From: Treponemataceae bacterium | Lineage (GTDB): Bacteria; Spirochaetota; Spirochaetia; Treponematales; Rectinemataceae | DNA: 64,000 nucleotides | Assembly: GCA_963678065.2 (NCBI GenBank) | Contig: CAXXVZ010000003.1 | Span: forward strand, 160,001-224,000 | Direction of reading: 5' to 3' | Shown here: positions 8,891 through 18,122 of the stretch, piece after piece | Position numbering within the stretch: the stretch's first letter is position 1 | Layout of the letters: every line of letters starts with the position of its first letter | Translations under genes and position numbers: made by a program | Notes under the pieces: model-generated | Told to the model about the DNA's origin: nothing | Database searches by the model: none | What the model saw: only the letters and a program-made list of their open reading frames with translations

Positions 8891-9961
8891 TCAGAGCCTC
8901 CTGTAGAGCGGTACCCGCGACAGGACGTTGAGCGAAAGGGGCGAAATCTCGCCTTTCTCGAGGTATTTGCAGCCGATGCCGGCTATCATGGCGCCATTGT
9001 CGCCGCAGAGCCGGAGGGGCGGAAAGACGGCCCTGATGTCGGGGCGCGCCGCGAGCTCTCTGCGGAGGTAGCTGTTGGCCGCCACACCGCCTCCTGCGAC
9101 CACAGTCCGTATCCCCGAGTCCTCCACGGCGCGGAAGAGGCGCACGAGCAGGATGTCGACGGCGGTTTTCCGGAATGAGGCAGCTATGTTTTCCGGACTC
9201 GCCTCGGCCCCCGGCCGGCGATACTGCTCCAGCTGGTGGATGACAGCGGTCTTGAGCCCCGAATAGGAGACATCGTAGCGGTGTCCGCCCTTGTGCAGCG
9301 AGGGTTTCGGGAAAGAGAAGGCTGTCTCGTCGCCCTTTTCCGCGAGTCGGTCGATGTAGGCTCCCCCCGGGTAGCCGAAACCGTAGTATTTTGCGACCTT
9401 GTCGAAGGCCTCTCCCACAGCGTCGTCTATCGTCGTGCCGAGAACCTCGATTCTGTCGAAATCTTCGACCCTGCAGAGGATGCTGTGGCCGCCCGACACG
9501 AGGAGGCCGATGTAGGGGTAGGGGATAGGCTCGGAAGCGGCTTTGCCCGCCGCATCAGGAACCGATGTGCCGCCGCCAGCCGTCTCTGTCGCCTGCGAGA
9601 GCTGCGAGGCGTAGAGGTGGGCGAGAATGTGGTTGACGCCGATGAAGGGCAGCTCGAGGGCCCAGGCCATCGCCTTCGCGAAGGACAGCCCCACGAGGAG
9701 GGAGCCGATAAGTCCGGGGCGTGAGGTTGCGGCTACCCCATCCAGGTCCGCGGGCTTCATGCCGGCCTCGGCGATCGCGCGGGCGACGATGCCTGAAACC
9801 CATTCCGTGTGCTTGCGGCTCGCTATCTCGGGTACGACGCCCTGGTATTTTTCGTGAAAGGGAATCTGCGTGAGGACCACATCGGAGAGTATCGTCCTGC
9901 CGTCCTCGACGACGGATGCCGCGCATTCGTCGCAGGAGGATTCAATCCCCAGAACCCGCAT
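8891..9961 (-). CDS. tsaD: tRNA threonylcarbamoyltransferase TsaD
   Basis: GIESSCDE, GVVPEIASRKH, HILAH, SGGH, DDAVGEAFDK, GGVAAN, DNGAMI. Confidence 0.97.
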   Translation of the reverse strand: MRVLGIESSCDECAASVVEDGRTILSDVVLTQIPFHEKYQGVVPEIASRKHTEWVSGIVARAIAEAGMKPADLDGVAATSRPGLIGSLLVGLSFAKAMAWALELPFIGVNHILAHLYASQLSQATETAGGGTSVPDAAGKAASEPIPYPYIGLLVSGGHSILCRVEDFDRIEVLGTTIDDAVGEAFDKVAKYYGFGYPGGAYIDRLAEKGDETAFSFPKPSLHKGGHRYDVSYSGLKTAVIHQLEQYRRPGAEASPENIAASFRKTAVDILLVRLFRAVEDSGIRTVVAGGGVAANSYLRRELAARPDIRAVFPPLRLCGDNGAMIAGIGCKYLEKGEISPLSLNVLSRVPLYRRL

Positions 9962-11018
9962 CGTCTTCGAACTCCGGATCGGACTGATTCATCATGAAGC
10001 GGGCGATGGACGAGAGCGAATAGCCCTCCTCGACGAGACCCGGGTATATCTCCATGAGAGTGCGGGCGAGGTCGGCGGACCAGACGTGGCCGATCATGAC
10101 GGCCGCGCCGTTCGAGGAGGCGATTTTTTTGCCTTCGTCCATGGCGTGGATTATAGAGGCTCTGTCCGGAGTATTGTCGAGAAACACATCCCGCTCCCAA
10201 TGACGAAGGTTGATCCGGCGGGCTACTTCCCTGGTTGCAGAACCGGATGTGGTGAGTGAATCAAGATAGTAAATCCCCTTTCTTTTTGCAAGCTCCATGA
10301 CGGTGGTCATGATAGCTGCATCCTCGGACACGGCGGAGCCCATGTGGTTGTTCATTCCGACGATGCCGGGGACGGTCGCCATGTTCTCCTCCAGTATCCT
10401 TTCGACCTCGCCGGCACTCATGCCGAGACGGAGCGCCCGTGGTCCCGGATCCTGACCGTCTCGCGCCTGCATGGGCTGGTGCATGATGAGTTCCTTGCCC
10501 GCCGCGAGAACTCTGGCAGCCGCCTCGGAGGAGTGGGGGAGGGAGGGCAGGACGGCGATGGTGAGGGGGAAAGGGAGATCGAGGAATGCCTGAAGCTGTT
10601 CGAGACTGTATCCCGCATCGTCGATGACGATGATGAGGCTAGCCTTTCCTTCCTGCGCTCCCGGGCCATTTCCGGGCAGGGCAGCCCCGAGAGGGGTCCC
10701 TCGGACTCCCGGGGCCCGGCCTCCCGGCCTCGCGCCGGACTCTCGGAGTGCGAGCCCGGCGGAACCCGTGGAAGGAGCCTCCGGCGAATACTCAGGGAAG
10801 AGGGTCCTGGTTTCCGTGGGAGCGGAATTCGTCTCCGCTTCCTTTCCCTCCGCGAGGTCTGAGGTCCTCACAATCGTCGTGCTGCTCCCGGTGACCGCGG
10901 TTTTTTTCGCCCCGGAGGGAGAGAACACGATAATGGCGATGGAAAGAAGTATGGAAAACGTCGCGAGGACGGCCGGGAAGACCGTCTTCGGCGGGCGTAT
11001 CTTTTTTACGGAAGGCAT
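9942..11018 (-). CDS. divergent polysaccharide deacetylase family protein (YibQ-like)
   Basis: N-terminal TM; IVIDDAG, HQPMQ, NNHMGS, LDSLT, RDVFLDN, IGH. Confidence 0.9.
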   Translation of the reverse strand: MPSVKKIRPPKTVFPAVLATFSILLSIAIIVFSPSGAKKTAVTGSSTTIVRTSDLAEGKEAETNSAPTETRTLFPEYSPEAPSTGSAGLALRESGARPGGRAPGVRGTPLGAALPGNGPGAQEGKASLIIVIDDAGYSLEQLQAFLDLPFPLTIAVLPSLPHSSEAAARVLAAGKELIMHQPMQARDGQDPGPRALRLGMSAGEVERILEENMATVPGIVGMNNHMGSAVSEDAAIMTTVMELAKRKGIYYLDSLTTSGSATREVARRINLRHWERDVFLDNTPDRASIIHAMDEGKKIASSNGAAVMIGHVWSADLARTLMEIYPGLVEEGYSLSSIARFMMNQSDPEFEDDAGSGD

Positions 11019-11065
11019 TGAGCGAAATCATACATTCATGCGGAAAAGGGTTCAAGGAGAGGCTG

Positions 11066-11923
11066 TCACACCGCGGGCCGCTCGAAGACATAATCGTATT
11101 CGCGCCGCGATACCGTATCCTTGAGCTTCCGGATAGCCCTCTTCTCCACTTGGCGGATGGTCTCGGGAGAGAGACCGAGATCGTTGCCCAGGGTCTTGAG
11201 AGTCCGGTGCTTCTGGCCGAAAAGCTCGAATCGGGCCGAGAGAACCTGCTTCTCGTTCTCCTGCAGGGTCGAGAGAAGCTCTCGCGTCGCCTCGTGGATA
11301 GCCTCCCTGTCGTATTCCCGCTCGGGAGAGAATGAGTAGTCCGCGTAGATGTCGAGGACGGAGCCCGAGTCTTCTTCGGTCTCGTTCTCCAGCGGGACGA
11401 GGCTTCCGGAGATGGAGAGGACTTCTCCGACATCCTCGGTCCTGACATTGAGTTCCCTGGCGAGCTCTTCGGTCGTGGGGACGCGTTTCAGGGTCTGGCC
11501 GAGAATGTTGGCGGCGACCTGAACGTGCTTGAGGAGCTCCTCCTTCCTGTGGGGGAGGCGGATCGCCCGTCCGGTGTTCACGAGAGCCCTGGAGATGGAT
11601 TGTTTGATCCACCAGGCCGCGTAGGTCGAAAACCGGACACTCCGGTTGCCGTCGAACTTTTCCGCAGCCTTGATGAGGCCTATGTTGCCTTCCTGGATCA
11701 GGTCCATGAGGCTCATCTCGCTTGTAGGATAGGCCCGCGCGATCTTCACGACGAGGCGGAGGTTGGCCTCGATGAGCTTCTGCCGTGCGAGCTTGTCGCC
11801 CTTCGCGATCCCTTCGGCGAGTTTCCGTTCGCCTTCCGCATCCAGAAGTCTGATGTGCTGGATGGATGCATAGTAGGCCTTGAGAAGTTCGTTGCAAGTG
11901 TCGGAACCGGAATGTGCACGCAT
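11066..11923 (-). CDS. sigma70-family RpoS-like (group 2) sigma factor
   Basis: Regions 1.2, 2 (ANLRLVV, DLIQEGNIGL, FSTYAAWWIKQ), 3 and 4 (ETIRQVE), no region 1.1; ATG 11923 has an AAGGGAG RBS. Confidence 0.9.
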   Translation of the reverse strand: MRAHSGSDTCNELLKAYYASIQHIRLLDAEGERKLAEGIAKGDKLARQKLIEANLRLVVKIARAYPTSEMSLMDLIQEGNIGLIKAAEKFDGNRSVRFSTYAAWWIKQSISRALVNTGRAIRLPHRKEELLKHVQVAANILGQTLKRVPTTEELARELNVRTEDVGEVLSISGSLVPLENETEEDSGSVLDIYADYSFSPEREYDREAIHEATRELLSTLQENEKQVLSARFELFGQKHRTLKTLGNDLGLSPETIRQVEKRAIRKLKDTVSRREYDYVFERPAV

Positions 11924-11948
11924 GGTATCTCCCTTGTGCCTTCTATAC

Positions 11949-11965
11949 AGCAGCATGCGTGCCAA
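11949..11965 (-). promoter_or_regulatory. sigma54 (-24/-12) promoter of the RpoS-like gene
   Basis: TTGGCACGCATGCTGCT, exact GG-N10-GC spacing, 25 nt before the ATG. Confidence 0.8.
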
Positions 11966-12058
11966 TCTTGAAGCATTTTGTAGAAAAATTTTAACTATAT
12001 ATTATATAGATAAATAGATTGATGGCCGTGATTGCCGAAAGACAGTTGATTTCCGATC

Positions 12059-12110
12059 TGTATGGAAAAGTGTACAAAATCGGCTGTACCTCTGTATGAA
12101 ATACAATACA
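12059..12110. promoter_or_regulatory. two TGTA-N10-TACA palindromes, putative enhancer-binding-protein sites
   Basis: TGTATGGAAAAGTGTACA (12059-12076) and TGTATGAAATACAATACA (12093-12110), about 120-170 bp upstream of the inferred sigma54 start. Confidence 0.55.
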
Positions 12111-12145
12111 AAAAAAGCCATCCGGTTTGTGCCGGACGGCTTTTT
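12111..12145. terminator. intrinsic terminator after the LysM/M23 gene (possibly bidirectional)
   Basis: AAAAAAGCCATCCGG...CCGGACGGCTTTTT stem with A/T runs on both sides. Confidence 0.7.
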
Positions 12146-12177
12146 CGTCGATCCACTCGGAAGATGAAGACCGCAGT

Positions 12178-13734
12178 CTATTTGAGAAGTTTCGCCGGGT
12201 TGATCGCCGTACCTTTCTTAAAGAGGCCGAGATGGAGGTGGGGGCCTGTGCTGTAGCCGGTATTGCCTGAGCGGCCGATCACTGCGCCCTGCGAGATGCT
12301 CTGTCCCTTTTTGACGCCCACTGCGCTCAGGTGACCGTACAGAGTCTGGTAGCCTTCGCCGTGGGTGACGATGATGTAGTTGCCGAACACGCCGTTGTAG
12401 CCCGTGTCGGAGACTGAGCCGTCCATGATCGTTTTGACGGGTGTGCCCGTGTTGACGACGATATCCATACCCGCATGGAAGGTCCGGACTCCCGTGAAGG
12501 GATTGGAGCGGTAGCCGAAGGGCGAGGAGATGGGGCCGCGCGCGGGCCAGATCATCTTGACGGCGTAGAAGCCCTGGAGGGCCGAAGGCGCCAGTTTTGC
12601 TCCCGGGATGAAGAGGTCGCTGCCCGCCCTCAAGGATGCGTTGGAAAGATCGTTCGTATCGGCAAGTTTCGTCATGTCGACGCCGTACTTTTTCGCGAGG
12701 GCCGGCAGGCTGTCTCCTCTGCCGACCCTGTGGGTGATGCCGTCCATGTTAGGTATTTTGAGCTCGAGGCCGACCTTGAAGCCCGAAGCGTTGCGGATGT
12801 TGTTGATGGAGATGATGGTGTCCTGCCGGAGGTGAAATTTCCTCGCGACGGTGGCGATGCTGTCGCCCTTACGGATGACGTAGGTCCGCGTCTCGAGGCT
12901 GACAGGGAGGGCCGGCAGCTCAGGACTATCCGCGTCGTCGGGGGACTGTGCGAGTTCGGGGGACACATACGCGAGGAGGAGTTCCTGCGCGGTGGTCTCG
13001 TCGGGAAGGAGGATATCTCCCGTCAGGGGGAACCGTGGCTGACTCGCGAGGGAGATCGCGGCCGAAACGGCGAAGACGAAGGCCACCGGGGCGGCGAGAA
13101 GGGCGAGCAGCCTGAGCGGGGACTTTTTCGCGAGACCGACAAGTTTTCCCGTGAGCGCGGCGGCGCGGGACGGCACAGAATCGATGAACAGCAGCCATCC
13201 TGGCTCGAGAAGGTTCCCTTTGAAGGAAACCGAAGCGGCGGAGGAGCTGGCAGGCAATCCCCCGGCATGATCATGAGCCGACAGAGATCTGTTCCGGAAT
13301 GCCCCGGCCCTGCTCTTTGCGCGGTTCGCTATTCCGTTGAACAACGAGAGGGTTTTGCCGGACTGCTTGCGGAACGCCGTTCCGAATCTGTCGCGGAAGT
13401 TGTCCAGCGCTATTCCCGACCGTATCCTGAAGGAGCGGGAAATCTTGCGCCAGCCCACCCGGAGGGCTTCGAAATTGATGAAAGGCGCTGTATAGCGCAC
13501 CGACCGCGGCGATGCGTGAGGACGCGAAGGTCGGGGACGGACGATGTCTGGACCTCTGTCCCGGCGTTCCGCAGGAGCGAGAGGATCTCTCTGCGGAATT
13601 TCCGGTTTGCCGGAGAAAAAGTTGCGGCGGCCCGAGATCGACGATCCTTCTAGGATGCTTATGTACCCCTTGCCCTGCTGGCCGGAGAGAGGGCGGCGGC
13701 GGGCGACTTTCTGGCTCTTGATGAATGTATCCAT
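12178..13734 (-). CDS. membrane-anchored LysM + M23 peptidase protein
   Basis: Basic N-terminus, TM, two LysM repeats, HAGMD, YGHL and STGPHLH motifs. Confidence 0.9.
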   Translation of the reverse strand: MDTFIKSQKVARRRPLSGQQGKGYISILEGSSISGRRNFFSGKPEIPQRDPLAPAERRDRGPDIVRPRPSRPHASPRSVRYTAPFINFEALRVGWRKISRSFRIRSGIALDNFRDRFGTAFRKQSGKTLSLFNGIANRAKSRAGAFRNRSLSAHDHAGGLPASSSAASVSFKGNLLEPGWLLFIDSVPSRAAALTGKLVGLAKKSPLRLLALLAAPVAFVFAVSAAISLASQPRFPLTGDILLPDETTAQELLLAYVSPELAQSPDDADSPELPALPVSLETRTYVIRKGDSIATVARKFHLRQDTIISINNIRNASGFKVGLELKIPNMDGITHRVGRGDSLPALAKKYGVDMTKLADTNDLSNASLRAGSDLFIPGAKLAPSALQGFYAVKMIWPARGPISSPFGYRSNPFTGVRTFHAGMDIVVNTGTPVKTIMDGSVSDTGYNGVFGNYIIVTHGEGYQTLYGHLSAVGVKKGQSISQGAVIGRSGNTGYSTGPHLHLGLFKKGTAINPAKLLK

Positions 13735-13790
13735 GCTTGTCCCTGTTTATCGACATTTTCCCGCATGGACATTATAGTCCGTTTACGAAG

Positions 13791-14219
13791 ATGTGCAAAA
13801 CAATTCCGCGTTTTGTCGCGATAATCCTCGCGGCCTTCCTCCTTGTCCTCACTGCAAAGAGCTTTGTCCTCGATCTGGCCCTTGTCGAGGGGCCCTCCAT
13901 GTACCCAACCCTGAGACCCGGCTCCGTCGTCGTCGTGCTCCGCTGTGCCTACGGTCTCCGCTTTCCTGGCGGGAACTACCTCCTCCGGTGGTCTGTCCCG
14001 CGGACAGGAGAAGTCGTCGCGGCGTTGAATCCGCAGAGCGGCAGGGCAGTGGTCAAGCGCGTCGTGGCCGCCCTGCCCGGTCTGCCCTCGACAGAGCCGA
14101 GCCTTTTTCTCATGGGCGACAATCCCGACGAATCGCTCGATTCGCGTGAATACGGCCTTCTGCCTGTTGAGTCAGTCCTTGGACGGGTGATAATCTTGAA
14201 AACAAGGGTGAATAGGTGA
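13791..14219 (+). CDS. signal peptidase I (S26) family protein
   Basis: TM, GPSMYPTL, VVKRV, MGDNPDESLDSR; start uncertain. Confidence 0.8.
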   Translation: MCKTIPRFVAIILAAFLLVLTAKSFVLDLALVEGPSMYPTLRPGSVVVVLRCAYGLRFPGGNYLLRWSVPRTGEVVAALNPQSGRAVVKRVVAALPGLPSTEPSLFLMGDNPDESLDSREYGLLPVESVLGRVIILKTRVNR

Positions 14220-16111
14220 ATTACCACAAGTCGCGGCGCTATTGGCTCGCCATCGTGCTACTGTGCGCCGTCTCGGCAGGATTGATCGCGCGCTACGCCA
14301 CGCTGGCCTCGCAGCAGGATTCCGCTCAGCCCCTGCGGGATGTGCGCGTCGAGCGCGGACGCATTCTCGACCGCAATGGCCTCGTCCTCGCCGTCGATTC
14401 TCCTATGTACAACATCGCGATCTGGAAGCCGGAGACTGACAGGGAAAATTTTCCGAAAGAGGTCGAAAGGCTCTCCTCCATCCTCGGCGTTCCCGCCGAC
14501 GAGATTCTCAGCAAATGGAGCTCGGGGAGCGCCGATTTCTTCTATATCAAGAAAAGGGTCACGCCGCAGGTCGCTCGCGCCATCCAGGACATCAAGTCTA
14601 CGGGAGCCCTCACTGGGGTAACTGTAGAGCAAGTCTCCGGCAGGCTCTATCCCGAAGGCCGTCTCGCCTCCCATCTTCTCGGTTTCGTCGGAGATGAGAA
14701 CAGGGGACTCACCGGCGTGGAGAACAAGTACGACGAAGTGCTGACCGCCCCGCCCCCCGGCGTCTCTCCGGGTGTCTCCACCGAAAACAGGACGGAGGTC
14801 CTCCGCGGCAAGGACGTCGTGCTCACTATAGACGCCAACCTCCAGTTCGTCCTCGAGGAAGTCGGCCGCAAAGCCTTCACCGACAATGGCGCGGAGGCTG
14901 TCATGATCCTCGCGGAGGATGTAAAGTCCGGCGAGATTCTTTCGTATGTCAATTTTCCCGATTTCGACCCGAATAACTACACCGCGTATTCCCCGGAATC
15001 CTGGCGCGACATGCCGGCCACCTACGCCTACGAGCCGGGCTCCGTCTTCAAGGTTTTTTCTCTCTCCTCGATACTCGACCTCGGGGCGATCACGGCACAG
15101 ACCACCTTCGAGTGCAACGGCGAATACGTGAAGGTAACTCCCTCGGGCGAACGGATAGTCATCAAGGATCTCAACAAGTACGGCACACTCAATCTCGAGG
15201 GCATACTCGCCCACTCCAGCAACGCCGGCACGGGCTATGCCTCGGACCGCGTCGACGCGATCGATCTCTACGACAGGCTCCGGTCCTTCGGCTTCGGTTC
15301 GAGGACGGGCATAGCGCTTCTCGGCGAAGTTCCGGGGGGCCTCAAGGAACCGGCTGACTGGTCGATCCGTTCCAAGCCGACAATCGCCATGGGACAGGAG
15401 GTGACGGTGACCGCCATACAGATGGTGAACGCCGCCTGTGCAGTCGGCAACGCGGGCATCCTCATGAAGCCGGTCGCCGTGCGCTCCGTCCGTGATCCTG
15501 ACGGCAAGATAGTCTACGAGAACAAGCCCCAGCCCGTCCGGAGGGTCATCTCCGAAGAATCCTCCCGGACAGTCCTGGCGGCGATGGAGTCGGCGGCGGC
15601 CATGACGGGCACCGGCTGGAGGGCCAAGATCGGCGACATGCGGATGTCGGTCAAGACCGGGACGGCCCAGATGTACGACCCGGCCACCGGAAAATACTCG
15701 GACAAGGATTACCTCGCGAGCACGCTGGCCCTTTTCCCGGCTGAAGATCCCCGGATCGCGGTCTACATCGCCATCGTGAAGCCCCGCGGCGAGAATTACC
15801 TGGGCGGTCGCGTCGCGGCTCCCGTGGTGAAGGAAGCGACCGAAGCCGTCCTGTCCATACTCGATATTCCCCGGGGCAACACGGCGACCATCGTGCATCC
15901 CGGCACAGTGGCCCTGCCCCGCGTCAGGCTTCCTGAGATCGCATCCATCATGCCCGACCTCACCGGAATACCGAAGCGCCTCCTTCTGCCCCTTCTGGAC
16001 AGAAAGGATCTGCAGGTCGTACTCAGAGGCGATGGATACGTGTTCAGTCAGTCGCCCAAGGCCGGAACGGCCCTCGCCCCGGGCGCCTCCCTCATACTCG
16101 AGCTGAAGTAG
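14216..16111 (+). CDS. class B penicillin-binding protein (FtsI-like) with C-terminal PASTA-like domain
   Basis: RGRILDRNG, YEPGSVFK (SxxK), HSSN (SxN), KTGTAQ. Confidence 0.92.
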   Translation: MNYHKSRRYWLAIVLLCAVSAGLIARYATLASQQDSAQPLRDVRVERGRILDRNGLVLAVDSPMYNIAIWKPETDRENFPKEVERLSSILGVPADEILSKWSSGSADFFYIKKRVTPQVARAIQDIKSTGALTGVTVEQVSGRLYPEGRLASHLLGFVGDENRGLTGVENKYDEVLTAPPPGVSPGVSTENRTEVLRGKDVVLTIDANLQFVLEEVGRKAFTDNGAEAVMILAEDVKSGEILSYVNFPDFDPNNYTAYSPESWRDMPATYAYEPGSVFKVFSLSSILDLGAITAQTTFECNGEYVKVTPSGERIVIKDLNKYGTLNLEGILAHSSNAGTGYASDRVDAIDLYDRLRSFGFGSRTGIALLGEVPGGLKEPADWSIRSKPTIAMGQEVTVTAIQMVNAACAVGNAGILMKPVAVRSVRDPDGKIVYENKPQPVRRVISEESSRTVLAAMESAAAMTGTGWRAKIGDMRMSVKTGTAQMYDPATGKYSDKDYLASTLALFPAEDPRIAVYIAIVKPRGENYLGGRVAAPVVKEATEAVLSILDIPRGNTATIVHPGTVALPRVRLPEIASIMPDLTGIPKRLLLPLLDRKDLQVVLRGDGYVFSQSPKAGTALAPGASLILELK

Positions 16112-17330
16112 CGTTCCGGCGCAGTTCCCCGAGGGTCGAAACCACGGTAGCTTCGAGCCGGGCTGAATCCGTGTCGGTTATCGGCGCGGGCGAGCGCAAG
16201 AGGACATCCATATCCTTCATGCCCGAACCCGTCAGCATGAGGACGACTCTTTTGCCTTCGCCGATGGCGCCTGAGCGCGCGAGTTTCCGGAGGGCCGCAA
16301 GGACGGTCGCCGTTCCCGGTTCGACGAAGAATCCCGCCGACGCGAAGGTCCGCTGGGATTCGAGGATCTCCTCTTCCGCGGCGCTCTCCGCGAGCCAGGA
16401 GAACCGGGCGGCTTTGTCGATGATCTCGCCGCCGCCGGGAGGATTGCCCGAGCTGAGGGCTTCGGCGACCGTGGTGAAATCGCGGAAGGGCACGACTGTC
16501 TTCGATCCCGATTTGATCGCCGTCACGAGGGGACTATTGTTGGTCGCCTGCACGACGATCATCCTCGGGAGTCTGTCCGTGTATCCGGCGGCGAGGAGTT
16601 CGATGAAGCCCTTGAAGATGCCGCGGATGTGGCCGCAGGCCGAGGTGGGGACTGCGATGAAATCGGGAACGGAGCGTCCGAGCTGTTCGTAGAGCTCGAA
16701 GGCCGTCAGCTTGTAGCCTTCTGCCCGGATGGGGCCGTTGCCCGACACGATCCTGAGGCCGAGCCCCTCCGCCATCGCGAGGACCCGCGATTTCATGTCC
16801 GCGTAATCGCCGTCCACCCTGACGACGCGGGCGCCGTGGAAGGCCATGGACAGGATCTTTTCCTTCGGGGCGAAGGAGGGGACGAAGACTATGACACCGA
16901 GTCCCGAGCGGGCGCCGTACGCGGCCATGGACTGGCCCATGTTGCCCGTGGAGATGGTCGCCGTCACTCTCTCGCCCGTTTCGGCGCACATGGCCGCGCA
17001 GGCCACCGAACCCCTGTCCTTGAAGCTCCAGGTCGGATTCACGGTCTCGTTCTTGAGGTAGAGAGCGCCCGTTTCCGCATACGCGCACAGAGCCCTGCCG
17101 GCGGGCAGAAGGGGAGTGGAGCCTTCGCCGAGCGAGAATTGCCCAAGGGGCAGCGCGAAGGGCAGGAATTCGGAAAAACGTTCGGAAGGAGTCTGACCTG
17201 GTCGGATACGGGCTTTTTCGATGTTCTCTATCGCGACTTCCAGGGATTCTCCGGCGGGAGAGAACTCCGCGAGCCTTTCGAAGGGAAATGTTTCTCCCGT
17301 CAGGGTTGATCTCAGCCACCGGCCTCTCAT
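16092..17330 (-). CDS. thrC: threonine synthase-family PLP enzyme
   Basis: LGEGSTP, NPTWSFKDRG, STGN, EGYK, LTGSGMKD; AAGGAG RBS before ATG 17330. Confidence 0.75.
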   Translation of the reverse strand: MRGRWLRSTLTGETFPFERLAEFSPAGESLEVAIENIEKARIRPGQTPSERFSEFLPFALPLGQFSLGEGSTPLLPAGRALCAYAETGALYLKNETVNPTWSFKDRGSVACAAMCAETGERVTATISTGNMGQSMAAYGARSGLGVIVFVPSFAPKEKILSMAFHGARVVRVDGDYADMKSRVLAMAEGLGLRIVSGNGPIRAEGYKLTAFELYEQLGRSVPDFIAVPTSACGHIRGIFKGFIELLAAGYTDRLPRMIVVQATNNSPLVTAIKSGSKTVVPFRDFTTVAEALSSGNPPGGGEIIDKAARFSWLAESAAEEEILESQRTFASAGFFVEPGTATVLAALRKLARSGAIGEGKRVVLMLTGSGMKDMDVLLRSPAPITDTDSARLEATVVSTLGELRRNATSARV

Positions 17331-17464
17331 GCGATCTCCTTCCGGATCGACTCCGCTTAAGGATCGATTCCGCGCTTGCCCTCGCATCTATGGAGCGATA
17401 CAATCGTGCAAAATCAGGAAGCAGTCCACCCTGTCTGCGGTCCGGCTTCCCTTTGGAGTATACC

Positions 17465-18031
17465 ATGCAAACTCGAGAAGAAGCTCTCGCGCTATGGCGC
17501 GCGAACAACGATGACGAGTCGCTTTTCCGCCACGCCCTTTCCGTCGAGGCCTGTATGAAGCATTTCGCCGCGAAACACGGCGAGGATCCGGCGTATTGGG
17601 GCCTGGTGGGCCTCTTGCACGATGTCGACTATCAGCGCCATCCCGAAGAACACCTCAAGCATGCCCGCCCCATCCTCGCTCCCGCAGGATATCCCGAAGA
17701 CTTCATCCGCGCCGTGGAGAGCCATGGCTGGGGACTCTGCACCGATGTCGAGCCTGTGTCGACGATGGAGAAAGTGCTCTTCGCCGTGGACGAGCTCACC
17801 GGCTTCGTCGCCGCCTGCGCCTATGTCAGGCCGTCCCGCAGCGTCCTCGACATGGAAGTGAGATCGGTGAAGAAGAAGTGGGGCGCAGTCAATTTCGCCG
17901 CCGGCGTACACCGCGACGTGATCGAGAAGGGCGCCGCGATGCTCGGCATGCCCCTCGAGGAGCTCATCTCCGAAACCATCCTCGCCCTGCGCGGCCAGGC
18001 CGAGGCGACAGGGCTCAAAGGAAATCTCTGA
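17465..18031 (+). CDS. HD-domain metal-dependent hydrolase
   Basis: RHALSVE, GLLHDVDY, AVDELTGF, FAAGV. Confidence 0.85.
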   Translation: MQTREEALALWRANNDDESLFRHALSVEACMKHFAAKHGEDPAYWGLVGLLHDVDYQRHPEEHLKHARPILAPAGYPEDFIRAVESHGWGLCTDVEPVSTMEKVLFAVDELTGFVAACAYVRPSRSVLDMEVRSVKKKWGAVNFAAGVHRDVIEKGAAMLGMPLEELISETILALRGQAEATGLKGNL

Positions 18032-18122
18032 CGGCGCGCGGCGGTTGACCTCCTCGGGCCGGACAGGCTAGCCTCTCACGATCATCGCGCTGCCATCACC
18101 CACACTGTGAGGTTTTCGATCT

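Noticed and set aside
18032..18122. SRP RNA next to ffh
   Set aside because: No SRP helix-8 motif recognised; region looks like a promoter (TTGACC-18-TAGCCT)
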